A stretch of 63,992 nucleotides of DNA, counting the filler, from Collodictyon triciliatum (taxonomy: Eukaryota): the NCBI GenBank assembly GCA_043381765.1. It is 28 parts of 28 records of this genome, joined end to end, with 100 filler letters (N's around TTAATTAATTAA, not from the genome) between each part and the next. Parts side by side here need not be neighbours in the genome. Positions count along the whole stretch, not along the records: positions 27,515 to 29,793 come from JBHJMP010009336.1; positions 29,894 to 32,075 come from JBHJMP010009337.1; positions 32,176 to 34,357 come from JBHJMP010009338.1; positions 34,458 to 36,638 come from JBHJMP010009339.1; positions 36,739 to 38,920 come from JBHJMP010009340.1; positions 39,021 to 41,201 come from JBHJMP010009341.1; positions 41,302 to 43,482 come from JBHJMP010009342.1; 21 more parts are not named here. One strand, given 5' to 3'. Made by a program: the position numbers and the translations under genes. The notes below the pieces were generated by a model. The model was given only the letters and a program-made list of their open reading frames with translations, searched no databases and had not been told where the DNA came from. Shown here piece after piece: positions 27,515 through 41,429 of the stretch (position 1 is the stretch's first letter; every line of letters starts with the position of its first letter).

Positions 27515-29793
27515 GTTTTCAATTGTGATGCCAACCGAAATATGGAGGCTAGGAAAACCGGGAGCCAATACGAACTCCTTGTTCAGCTTTACGAAGTACT
27601 TGGTGGTGACAATTGGCATTTGACCGCTGGATGGAAGGAGAAAAACAGCCCAGTTTGTGCGTGGTATGGAATATACTGTTTTTGGGCTTGCCCCTATGAG
27701 CTACACAAGGTAATTATTCAGATATGATAAATTTATCTTGATCTATTCTAACATCTTAACTCTTAAAGGACAACACATGTCCTATCTTGGGAATCAGCAT
27801 ACCAGGAAACAATCTTCATGGTGACATCGAGGCTGCCTCTGCAATTTTTGAGAGACTCTCTTTTTTATCTGGCTTGGACTTGAGTGACAACAACATTTAC
27901 GGGAATCTTGCAGACTTTAATTTTCCTACTATGTCATATTTAAACCTTGGAAAAAATCCAATTACTGGAAAAATTCCAGACTTTCAAAGGATGCCAATTA
28001 TACAGAATCTTTGGATTTACGAATCCAAAGTCTATGGTAAAGGCTAATCATTTCGAATATATGCATATGAAATACTGTATAAATTTTATCATAGGAGCGG
28101 TTCCCAATTTCAGCGGGATTCCACAAATTGAAGGAATTTATCTTCACTATAATCAATTGGAAGGTGAGTTTGTAATTTCGCTTCACACAGAATTGATAGG
28201 TACTAACTTTATTTTAGGAACTGTTCCAAATCTCAGCTTTATCCCATTTGTAAAAGAAATATATCTTGACTACAATCAATTGACGGGTAAATTTGTATTT
28301 ATTACTGCATAAGAAACGTTCATAGAGACTAACTTTATATCACAGGAACCGTCCCAAATTTCAGTGGAATTTCGGATGTTGAAGCTATATCTATTTCTTA
28401 CAATCATTTAGTTGGTAGGTTAAGGAATTTTGTCTTATATAATTATAAAGAAGCTAACATTACATCACAGGAACGATTCCAAACTTCGGTTTCATTCCAT
28501 ATATTTTAGAAATAAGTTTTTCAAACAATCAATTGACAGGTATTCTCTAATATTGAATTATTCTTAATACACAATAATTCAATATAATCTTTATAATCGC
28601 TATATACAAAAATTTAAAAGATTAACTTTTTATCACAGGAGCAGTTACAAACTTTGACAGTGTTCCCTATGTAGAAATAATTTCTCTTGGAGATAATTAT
28701 TTAAATGGTGATATCTTTTCGTTTATATCGTATCGTGTATAAAATTAACTTTTTAATTGCAGGAACAATTCCAAATTTCACTGCAATTCCAAATGTTTTA
28801 GAGATTGATATTAGCGGTAATCAACTGGCAGGTAAACTTTGTAATTTTACAATACAAACGTTCCTAGATACTCACTGAAGATCGCAGGAATGGTTCCAAA
28901 TTTTAGTTTCATTCCGAATGTTGAAGAAATTTATCTACCGAACAATCAACTGACAGGTAGGTATCGATTATTGTATGTTCCGTGATTGATGGATTAATAA
29001 AATTTTATACCACAGGAACAATTCCAAACTTTAATGGCATTTCGAAAGTTTATGGAATTTCCCTTTTCAAAAATCAGCTGATAGGTGAATTTTGATGATT
29101 TCGTCCACTACGATTGATGAATTAACACCTTTTTATCTCACAGGAACGGTTCCAGACTTCGATGGCATTCCAAATCTTAATGTTATTGATCTTGGAACTA
29201 ATAATTTTACCGGTAATATTCAATTTTTCCTGCATGATTAACAGAAATTAACTTTACTTTATAGGAGCAATTCCAAACTTCAGCGGGATTCCAAATATTT
29301 TGCTTATTGACCTCCCTAATAATATGCTTAATGGTAAGTACGAAAATTGATTCATATATGCAGTTGATGTTTTACTAACTGTGTGTCCAGGAACATTACC
29401 AAACTTCAGCGGAATCCGAAATGTTCTGAAGATTTCACTCTCATCCAATCAGTTGAGCGGTTCGCTTTTGATAAGTTGAATAAAAATCAGTATAATTAGT
29501 TTACCAAATTATGATTCATGTATAGGAACAATACCAGATTTCAGTGAACTTTATTACATCGAGACTTTAGACTTTTCTGATAATCGCTTCCATGGTAAAC
29601 AAAAAAAATAAAATACTGAACGTAAAGTCTAGAACAATTAGAACAAGGAAAATAACGGTTAGCTTAAACATGTATCCATTAATTTTATCCTAATTAATAG
29701 GACAAGTCCCAACCTTCCGATATTGCTTAAACTTGAAAGAAATTTCGCTATTCAGAAACATACTGAACGAATCTCTTCCCTCCTTGCATTTGC
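27515..29793 (+). CDS. Extracellular-type leucine-rich-repeat protein with LRRNT cap and one-repeat-per-exon array, partial
   Basis: Cap LYEVLGGDNW..GW..CAWYGIYC, then 12 exons of 69 nt (28095-29594), each encoding GxVPNFxxIPxVxxIxLxxNxLx and bounded by AG/GT. Confidence 0.93.
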
Positions 29794-30068
29794 NNNNNNN
29801 NNNNNNNNNNNNNNNNNNNNNNNNNNNNNNNNNNNNNTTAATTAATTAANNNNNNNNNNNNNNNNNNNNNNNNNNNNNNNNNNNNNNNNNNNNCAAAAGC
29901 ACGAAAAGGAGATGTATAAACGTTGTATTGTAAAAGGACATAGATTGTAGCGAATGCGCATAAGCAGAAAGATGTATGTCAGAGACGATTCGAATTTTTA
30001 TCCCGCCTTAGAAACATAAATGTATACTGAATTTCATTTTTTGCTTTTATTTTTAAGAACAGATTACC

Positions 30069-32064
30069 CTGCATCATAGAGAAAAGAGCGAGCTCAAGCC
30101 TTTCAAGGTCCGATGTCGTGGACGAGTCACAAAAATCTAGACACCCCCAGTAAAATTATCATCAGCGCCCACAGAAGAATGCGCGCAATTAAAATAAATA
30201 TATGTATACATACGAGGAAAATAAAGAAACGCGCGTTCGCACATACCAACGAGCTTGAACAATGAAACAACATCAGCAGGAAGATTCGTATAAGTCTCGG
30301 CCGCTGTAGATGGTGCGTATGTAAAATCAGAGACTTCAGAGGTGTTGCTTATGTTTGCCGATGAAAGCGTGGATAGTTGAATGGGGGATAAACTCATGGA
30401 CACGGGTCTTGATGAGGCTGATGAAATGGCAACTGCTGCAACAGAGTTTGCGCTCATCTCACCATTTACATCTTCTGTTAGTGCTTTTCTTGAAAGCGGA
30501 GATTTTGCTGGAGTTTTTACAGGAGAATCCGTCGGTAGGTCGTGTGGGGCGTCTGCTGTAGATAACCTAGGCAATGGACTCTGCACAGGGCTATCTATTG
30601 ACGTCTGCAAAGGCTCGCTTATCTGCGTCATGTATATCTCCATTAGAATAATCATAATAATAATAATATAAATATAAATAATTTCAATAAATGCATATTT
30701 AATCATCTTTTTAGAAATTGTTTGTATCAAAGAAAAAGATAACCAGACATTAAGGTCGTCAGAAGTTGCCGGCCGGCTGTTTCTTTCTCGTGCAAATTCT
30801 CCCAACATCTTAGTCAGGCTCACCGACGACGCCTTTGTTTGTTCGTTTGGTTCTGATGTCCCTTCATAAAGCGTCTCGATAAGATTACCACCGTCATTAT
30901 ATTCCCCATCACTTTCATCACTTTCATCGTCTTCAAAATTTACATCAATATCGAGTGCCCTCTTTGGGGCATATTCTGCTTCAACCTTTGCTGCTGGGTT
31001 CATGGAGGTGGTTTCTTCAATTGATTCAGTAGAGGTCGGTGCCAATAAATATTTCTCGTTTCCATTGTGGCATTCATTAGAAAACAGTTCTGCTTCGGAC
31101 TCTTCTATTATCTGCTGCACTTTTTCTTCGTCGCTATCTTGGAAATCTTGATCGTTTTCGGAACCAGAGATACTCAGACTTAGAGATATATCCTCATCTT
31201 CGTCCTCATCCTCGTCCTCAGATAATATCTGGTCGATGTCGGGTTCGTCCTCATCATCCTCTGATTCATTCCCGTGAGCTTCATCAACATTAATATGTTT
31301 ACTTTGGAGAGCTTCTTCTTCTTCTTCTTCAATAGCGTCTCGTTGCTCTTCATTGCCATGTATTTCATTGCTTACAAGCAGTATTTCATCGCTACTGTCT
31401 TGAATTTGAGCAAAGGATTGTTCCAAGTCTCTGTGACTGGCTTGGCTTTCGTACTCTTTTCCTAGGTCACTCTCTGCAATTTCGCTATGGTTTTGTTGTG
31501 AATCGGCAGAAAGGTCATCCACAAACGAATCGTCGAGAAATGCCTTTGCCTTTGCTGCGGTAGGCGTCTCTGATGGGGAAGAAACGGGACTCAAAGCAAT
31601 GAGTCTTCCCGAATCAACAACCACAATAGAATCAGCTAGCTCTGTCATGCTGGATTCATCATGGAATAGACCTTCGTCATTCTTTTGCAAGGATGCCTTG
31701 ACCTCTATGTCCACGTCTGACGATGGCGATTCTACCATATTTTGTCCATCAGTTGATGAAAAGATCTCTCCCTTCTGCTCAGATGTGTTTTGCCGCGTCG
31801 GTGTAGCGGGCTCCGTCAATGGTGTTCTATTATCATCAGCTATGGTTGCATCGGCACTGTCGTGGTAAATGCTGCCCCCATCAGACCTATTTTTGTGTAG
31901 TTATTAATCAGTTCATTCGTTCGCCTATTTGTTCTTTTATCAGATATAACACAATGCTCGGCAGTTGTTAGAAACCTGTTTTCTGATATGTCCGAGCCTT
32001 GCTCTTCACTCTCGATCTCAAACTCCTCGTCTGCGGACGGATGTGACTGACGCTGAAGGTACTC
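30069..32064 (-). CDS. Acidic, low-complexity hypothetical protein (spliced fragment)
   Basis: Long D/E/S-rich open frame interrupted by AT-rich GT-AG introns; no recognised domain. Confidence 0.6.
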
Positions 32065-32525
32065 ATTAATCAAAANNNNNNNNNNNNNNNNNNNNNNNNN
32101 NNNNNNNNNNNNNNNNNNNTTAATTAATTAANNNNNNNNNNNNNNNNNNNNNNNNNNNNNNNNNNNNNNNNNNNNTTTTTTTTTTTGTTTTTTTGCTGTC
32201 AAATATGACTGGGGAAGGGACGGCATGGAGCAGGATATAAAAACTACATACAACTCGATTTGGTTGGGCTGGTCCTTTTTGCAATGGCAGAGCGATAGAA
32301 CAGAATCTGCAGTGTTCAGCACTTGAATAAGCACGAAACTATAAACAAAGAGCCATGGAATGTAAGGGTGGTTAAAGGGCGTTATGGGCAAATACATAAT
32401 TGCAGCAAATTCATGTTTTACGAGAGAATGGTGTAAAAAATAATAAATAATAAAAAGGATAACCCCCTCTCGAAAAAAAAACTTTTCATAAAATGCAGAT
32501 GGTAAATGGTTTGCTCAAGATATAC

Positions 32526-33715
32526 CCCATGGCAGGTAAAGCCTAGATGATACGGAGTCACTGAGCAGCCTGCACAGAACTCTGTGCTGCATGAAGGACA
32601 ACGGAATCGGTTCTCTGCTCTATGCAGAACCAGCTCCTGACACAAAGGTTTTCCTTCTGTATTCTGTTTGATTTAGATTATTTTTTGTTTTAAAAAAAGA
32701 ATAAAGAGTACTAAAAAAATTAGAAAGGCATTAATGTTACAATACACATAATATTACAGTTATGAACCAATGTTCTCGTGAAAACGCTAATTTGCTAAAA
32801 AATAATAATAATAATAATAATAAATTGCAAGTCATCACCGAAGGAAAATAAAAAGTATAATAATCAGTTGTATAAGTGAGCAAATACCAGAACAGTTCCC
32901 TCTGGTGGGAGTGAACTTGGCTCCACATCGATTTTTTCCATGACAAGAGAGCAACTTTTATTAGGACACCGAAAAAAATGAGAATTGGACGATATGAGCG
33001 TATTCAACGAAGACGTCATAAGCGCATCAAAATCAGGTGGACGGAGAAACCCCTGAAAGAAAAAAGAGGATGGCAACATTTTAAAAAAATTAACTAATCA
33101 ATACGATTATTTTATCATTTGGAGTTATGCTAAATATTATAAATGTTTGATTATATGCGATTATTTGTATGTTAGAAGAGTAAGTACAAAGACATACGTC
33201 AATGAATTTTTTTTGATGAAGTCGGGAAATAATATATTTGATGAAGTGTCGTGCAGAATGTTTATTGATATTATTTTATCAGAAATTAAACTAAAACCAA
33301 GTAAACAATCTACTTTCATATCGCTCTGTTCGATTGGGTATGAGCAGCATGCCAAGGGACACAATAGCTCTACAAGGCATCCCTTTTTTGCATGATCCCT
33401 CACATACGTGCGAAGGCATGCAAAGCAATGAACGTGCAGGCATTTCTAATTGGAAGGAAATAAGCCATCTTCTGATATTTCTTTTTCCTTTCTTTATATT
33501 TGATTGCTTTTTGATCTCGCTCATTATATAATGAAAAACGGTCCTTTGTTTCGGGAGTAAATAAGTGGAGTAAACTAGAACAAAATACTCACAGATAAGC
33601 GAAAAAGATCAGGGCTTTGTCGTCTTCGATGACATGACATGCATAATGCAGATCGTTGCACAAGTCCGTGGTGTTGCCTTTTGGATGTCCACATCAGCAA
33701 TCGAGTTATCGATTG
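32526..33715 (-). CDS. RING/IBR (RBR-like) E3 ubiquitin ligase fragment
   Basis: CMSC.. | CLHVHCFAC..CPLACC | ..FFRCPNKSC | ..FRCPSCSTEFCAGCSVTPYHLGFTC (IBR). Confidence 0.8.
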
Positions 33716-34176
33716 AAAAAAAAAATAAGAAAGGGAAATGTATAATAATTTGCTGAACAAAATATTCTTTTCATGGAACCGGAGAAATTAACGCGATAGA
33801 ATGTGGGACAAAAAATATTGACAAATCCAATATTCTTTTATCTTCATACAAGCTATTCCTCTGATAGACATGTATCAAACAATATGGGGAAAAGGAAAGA
33901 AAAAAAAAGAAGACAAAGAGAAGAGGATCATGGTTCATTTCAACCTTTCATCCTCAATCACTGCTGATTTGTGATCGTCTGCTTCAGTACGAAAGCAGAG
34001 AGAATGTGATTCATCACCAAGGCTATTATTTGTACACCTATATGAAAGAATAAAGATTTTTTTAAATGCATTTACATAAAATAAGAATCGAGAAAGCAAG
34101 GTATAATACCAAAATCAAACTTTCGACAAGAATAGGGGAACTGTATAAAAATAGAGACAAAAATAGAAGACATTAA

Positions 34177-34268
<92 letters not shown>

Positions 34269-34669
34269 CGGCGGTATGTAAAAATCACCGTATACATTAA
34301 CTCGAAATTAAAATAGATGAATCATACAAAAAAAGCTTTTATTAAAAACCAAAAAAANNNNNNNNNNNNNNNNNNNNNNNNNNNNNNNNNNNNNNNNNNN
34401 NTTAATTAATTAANNNNNNNNNNNNNNNNNNNNNNNNNNNNNNNNNNNNNNNNNNNNATAAAAAAACATAAAAAAACATAAAAAAACATAAAAAACATAA
34501 AAAAACATAAAAAAACATAAAAAAACATAAAAAAACATAAAAAAACATAAAAAAACATAAAAAAACATAAATAAATAAAAGCAAAAAACAACAAGGGTTT
34601 CGCATTACTTCGATGTCATATCTCCCATTCCATTCTTACTCCTAACATATTTGTGTGATTTAACGGATT

Positions 34670-36315
34670 TATCATGGCCTGAGCAGTATCATTAACCCGT
34701 ACTATTCTCAGATAATTCAATACGCGGAAGCAGCAGACGAATCTATCCTTCTCTATTTCCAGCAAAGTGCTGCTGGTATCGATGCAGCCACCGAGCTAGT
34801 TATTAACCACGTGAGCTCTATATCAACTTACACAAATCATCACTGTAAAACATACATAATGTCAAAAAATTACTGGTGATTTGGCCACAAGTTTTTTCTC
34901 CTCTAATCAACTGCACTATTCAACCTGTCTGATAAGTGTTACTCTGCTTTCATTTGCTCACACTTATTGCTCGCTTTATCGCGATGTGCACGTAGATTCG
35001 ACGATATTTTGGGGTTATGCAAAAGACAATTAGCAACACCGAGGCGCGCACCACTAACCAAAAATGCGAACTCGATGGTCTCGTATTCAAGGGGAAAGGA
35101 ATTTCTTGTAAATCCATCTCTCTTACACGCGGAAGACGATTAGTGGAGTTCATGCGCTACAGCCAAGCTAAGGTGGCCAATCTGCATGCACATCATACGA
35201 ACGTAATGTGCAAATACATCAATATTGATCGGATAAGATCAATCCTGCCACACATATCTGGCTTGCAAAAGATTTCATCTACCGCGTTGGGTGGCTATGG
35301 AGAAACATGGGCTTTGAGCATAACACGAAGAATCCTCGGCCAGCAGTTGACCAGAGATGAAGAGTCTGTCTCTAATGCTGTGGGTGGGTGGGACCGAAGT
35401 ATCCAGGCCAAACATGGAGCTCTTCTTAACCAGAAACTTATTTCTTCAGCCCAGTCCGCCGAAGGCGACCCGCAGTTCAGAATGTTAAGGGAGCCATTGA
35501 TATCTTTTGAGCTCAACAGACCTGAATCTATCGCATACGACTCTGCTTCCAATCGCATATATATAGCCGACTCATCTAATAATCGAGTCATTGTCCTATC
35601 CGTTTTGGGCGATAGCAATCATATGTTCGACTCTGAATCTGCATTTGAAATTGCTGATGTCTGGACCAATATCCCAACCACAGAAGAGCCTTTTCGCAGT
35701 CCGTATGGTCTAGCTATCAACCAAGATAGACTATTGGTGATTGTTTCATCTGAAATGTCTTGTTATTGCTGCATTCCACTGGGTGATATCCAAGAAACAA
35801 CTATTGTGCACACAATATACACAGATTCTAGGACTGGCCTGGACAATGCACACTACGTTACTTGTGATTCAGAAGGGTGCTTCTACATAACTGATCAAGG
35901 AAATGGAAACATCGTCAAACTGGATAACTCTGGAAAGTTCTTGATGACCTTTCCTTCTGTAAATGCAGAAGGAAGTCGATTGGTTTCCTCGAAACCTCAA
36001 GGAATCGCTGTCACTGATGACGACCACGTTATTGTTCTCGGATATGCAGAAAGCGAGATATACCAGTACTCTACGGATGGCAACTTGCAGAGAACTGTCG
36101 CATTCGAGGGTGTCTCAGGTTCCAACTATGTCTGCCGGGGACCAAGAGGAGGATACATGATTAGCAATTATGGTGGTAGTTGTATCCAGTTCTTTGGTTC
36201 TGATCATAAATTGCTGCATACTGTCAATGTTCGTTCACCAACGGGCATGTGTTGGGGGCTGGATAATTACCTCTATGTCAGTGGGTGGTCTGATAACACG
36301 ATATTTGTGTTCTAA
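34670..36315 (+). CDS. NHL-repeat beta-propeller protein with N-terminal helical region
   Basis: LNRPESIAYD..IYIADSSNNRVIV, FRSPYGLAI, YITDQGN and KPQGIAV repeats in a long last exon; probable upstream exon near 34670-34810. Confidence 0.85.
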
Positions 36316-36538
36316 CCCACCAACAAGGCACAAAAGATCACGATTCGTTCACGAGAGATGACTACCGATAACGAAATAAAAACTGAATTTTCTTAAATTG
36401 TGCGCCTGTGTACGTAGTTGTAAAATAAAAATATTGGAAGAGACTTGTGTCTCAGACATTATGAAAACAAAAAACAAAAGACATATACGCAAAATGATAC
36501 AAAAAAAAATAACAGTAAATACTCTAAACGTTACGACC

Positions 36539-36638
<100 letters not shown>

Positions 36639-37269
36639 NNNNNNNNNNNNNNNNNNNNNNNNNNNNNNNNNNNNNNNNNNNNTTAATTAATTAANNNNNN
36701 NNNNNNNNNNNNNNNNNNNNNNNNNNNNNNNNNNNNNNTACATGCATGTCTTAAATTGAATTATTTTTATTTTCTAAATATATATTCTCAAGCAATAATG
36801 AAAACAATGTCCAAGACACCTCAGAGGTATCATCTATTGCAATTATTATATATAAGCGAATAACTTTGTTTGACATGATTTTCAGAAATGAATTGAAAAC
36901 TCAGTAACTTTTTTCAAGAGAAGAAAAAGGATTCTTCGTCCTTAAACAAGTGACTTACCAAAAGAGAGGATTTTAGCACTGTCGGAAAAAAATGCATCGA
37001 TATTCAAATCAAAATATGAAAATTTAGTCACATCCTTACTGAACGAAAAAGTAATTCTGCTCTCGCCTTATAATATCACACACAGAGCCCCATTCCCATT
37101 TTTCTTTCGCTTTAATAACTAAAGGCGATCAAATAAACTTGACTGTTTGCATCTCTCAACAACTATGCAATATTCCAAGCTTATTTGATATTAAATCATC
37201 AGCCTAAAATTCTTTATATTCTGAGAAAATAAGTCGATAACCCGAAAATACAGGCATTATAGACCCGTT

Positions 37270-38016
37270 GATATTTAAAAGATGCAGAAAAGCGTGCACA
37301 CCTCGGCTACTCCCGAAACACTGCGCTTTACTTCTCAAGAAGACTAATATTTGGGTGTGGATAGGTGATCGCGCAGTCTATGCAGAAACCGCATATCCAG
37401 GATGCATCATGTGTCACAGTGTGGATGAATCTATCGAAATCACATCTATTCAATGCAATAGTGTTCAAAAGTGACATAATTTACTCACAAGATACTTTCT
37501 GAGTTTAATTGTGCTCCCTGACCAATTCAACGAGTCAGAAATCCAGTTTGGCCTGAAATACCAAACACATTCTGACTATAGTATACTCTGATTAGTCACA
37601 GTATGGACATATACTGTGCTAATTGAGAAGAATATGCGCATTTCTCTCGCTCTGGTTACTCGAACGGACGAATGATTCATGTATCCACTATGTAAATCCT
37701 TGTTCAATACAGCTTCCCGAAAAGCTTTCTGGAACATACCCATACTATTAGCTACTCTGACCACAAAAAGTAGAGAGATGTACGAATATGTCGTGAGATA
37801 TCTCCTACAACATATTCAACCTCTGCTATCTACGAAATTGTTAAGCCAGTCGGGATTTCCACTCAAAATATCCCTATCACTCATTTCTCTCCAGTACTAG
37901 CCTCTCCATTATAGCGTCTTCTCTTACTTGTGTGTTGCTCTCTAACCATTAGCATATGAGATTCCTCTCGTATAGAATAGGTTTAATGCATTTTGAATCG
38001 AATAAAGAGAAAAAAA
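37270..38016 (+). mobile_element. Decayed LINE 3' end: zf-RVT remnant, 3' UTR and A-rich tail
   Basis: CIMCHSVDESIE..QC and EIQFGL..IL*LVT parallel the 15751 fragment (QAIFGP..FWAVT). The 3' UTR aligns with 44004-44126 and ends TTTGAATCGAATAAAG-A-rich. Confidence 0.7.
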
Positions 38017-38121
38017 TCAAAACTAGTGAAACTGAAACAGGTAGGTTTATTCGATATTATAAGCACGAGTTTCAACAAAATCTTGAATTGCTCTTATATC
38101 TCGTCTGGTTTAATTCAACCA

Positions 38122-38920
38122 TCGATCTCTTCGATCTCTTCGATCTCTTCGATCTCTTCGATCTCGTCGGGAACAACTCATGGAGCCCAACTCGAGTGTG
38201 GCGATCGAAAGCGCAAGCTTGAGACAAACACACTCGAACGCACGAGAATCGAGTACACAACTCAATCAAGGCTCCTCGGCCACACCGATCCGCTGATCAA
38301 AGAGAGCCCAAGAGCAGAACCTGTACGGAGCCGGCTGCTACGTCCGCCTTCGAGGTAAGCACAAACTGCCCCAAAACCACGAAGCCCGCAACCAAGCGAA
38401 GAAAGAACTCGCCCAAGTCCTTAAACAACTCAAGTGCTATGAGGAGAACGTGATCATGCAACTCTACGATCAACCCCAAGGATACACAGTAGCCTACCCG
38501 CACCAACAAAACGCCGTAGAGTTTGCCGAGGCAGGAGAGTTTAAACTACCCATTCGCTCTTTCCGCCCATACCAAGAAAGGTCGCCTCTCCACTCAGCTA
38601 TCAACAATATTCCCCCCCTGGCGTCACCAAGATAGACATTATAGAGGCCTACGAAGCGATGTTTTCGCCTACCATAGTTTACTACGAAGCTGTGGACGGT
38701 ATCTGGACTAATGACGCGCTGGTCAAGTTCCCGGCCTCAGAACCACCCAAAGTGCCAAAAAAGAAAATAAACCTGCAAGGATTCCTCGTCCCCTTTACAC
38801 TCCTCCCCGAACGGAAGGAGAAGCCCCAACACGATACCAAACATAACAAGCACCAGGGCAAATACCACGGAAAACCCAACCGCAAACCCTCGCAACCCAC
38901 GCAGTCCAGGGCTGAAAGAC
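38122..38920 (+). mobile_element. Putative LINE 5' end and ORF1 (two RRM-like domains), frameshifted, preceded by a (TCGATCTCT)n tandem
   Basis: Intronless and GC-richer. LAQVLKQLKCYEENVIMQL..TVAYPHQQNA..AINNIPP/GVTKIDIIEAY..GIWTNDALVKF, with a frameshift in a C7 run near 38612-38618; homologous to 58260-58800. Confidence 0.65.
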
Positions 38921-39453
38921 NNNNNNNNNNNNNNNNNNNNNNNNNNNNNNNNNNNNNNNNNNNNTTAATTAATTAANNNNNNNNNNNNNNNNNNNNNNNN
39001 NNNNNNNNNNNNNNNNNNNNAAACAAACAGAAACAAACAGAAACAAACAGAAACAAACAGAAACAAACAGAAACAAACAGAAACAAACAGAAACAAACAG
39101 AAACAAACAGAAACAAACAGAAACAAACAGAAAAAAACATGCACATACACAAACAAACACAAACAAACACAAACAAACACAAACAAACACAAACACAAAC
39201 ACAAACAAACACAAACACGAACAGAAACAAACAGAAACAAACAGAAACAAACAGAAACAAACAGAAACAAACAGAAACAAACAGAAACAGAAACAAACAG
39301 AAACATAAACACAGCTACATTTACAATTACAAGGCAGCCACTGATAAGGCCATGGTCTCTTGATAAACGACAGGCGTGACAAGTTGACGATTGCAGTTGT
39401 CTTTTTTTATTGTTATGCTTGGATGGATTGGAATAAGGCCTCGTAATTGTGCC

Positions 39454-41201
<1,748 letters not shown>

Positions 41202-41429
41202 NNNNNNNNNNNNNNNNNNNNNNNNNNNNNNNNNNNNNNNNNNNNTTAATTAATTAANNNNNNNNNNNNNNNNNNNNNNNNNNNNNNNNNNNNNNNNNNN
41301 NCTGTTGCTTTCTTTGTCTTTGTCTTCATTTTGTATAATATTTTGGTTGTATTTTTCCCCAAACCTTTGATGTAGGGTTTCATGCGACAGATAACGCAAC
41401 ATTGCGTCGGTCCTCATAGAGATTCAATT

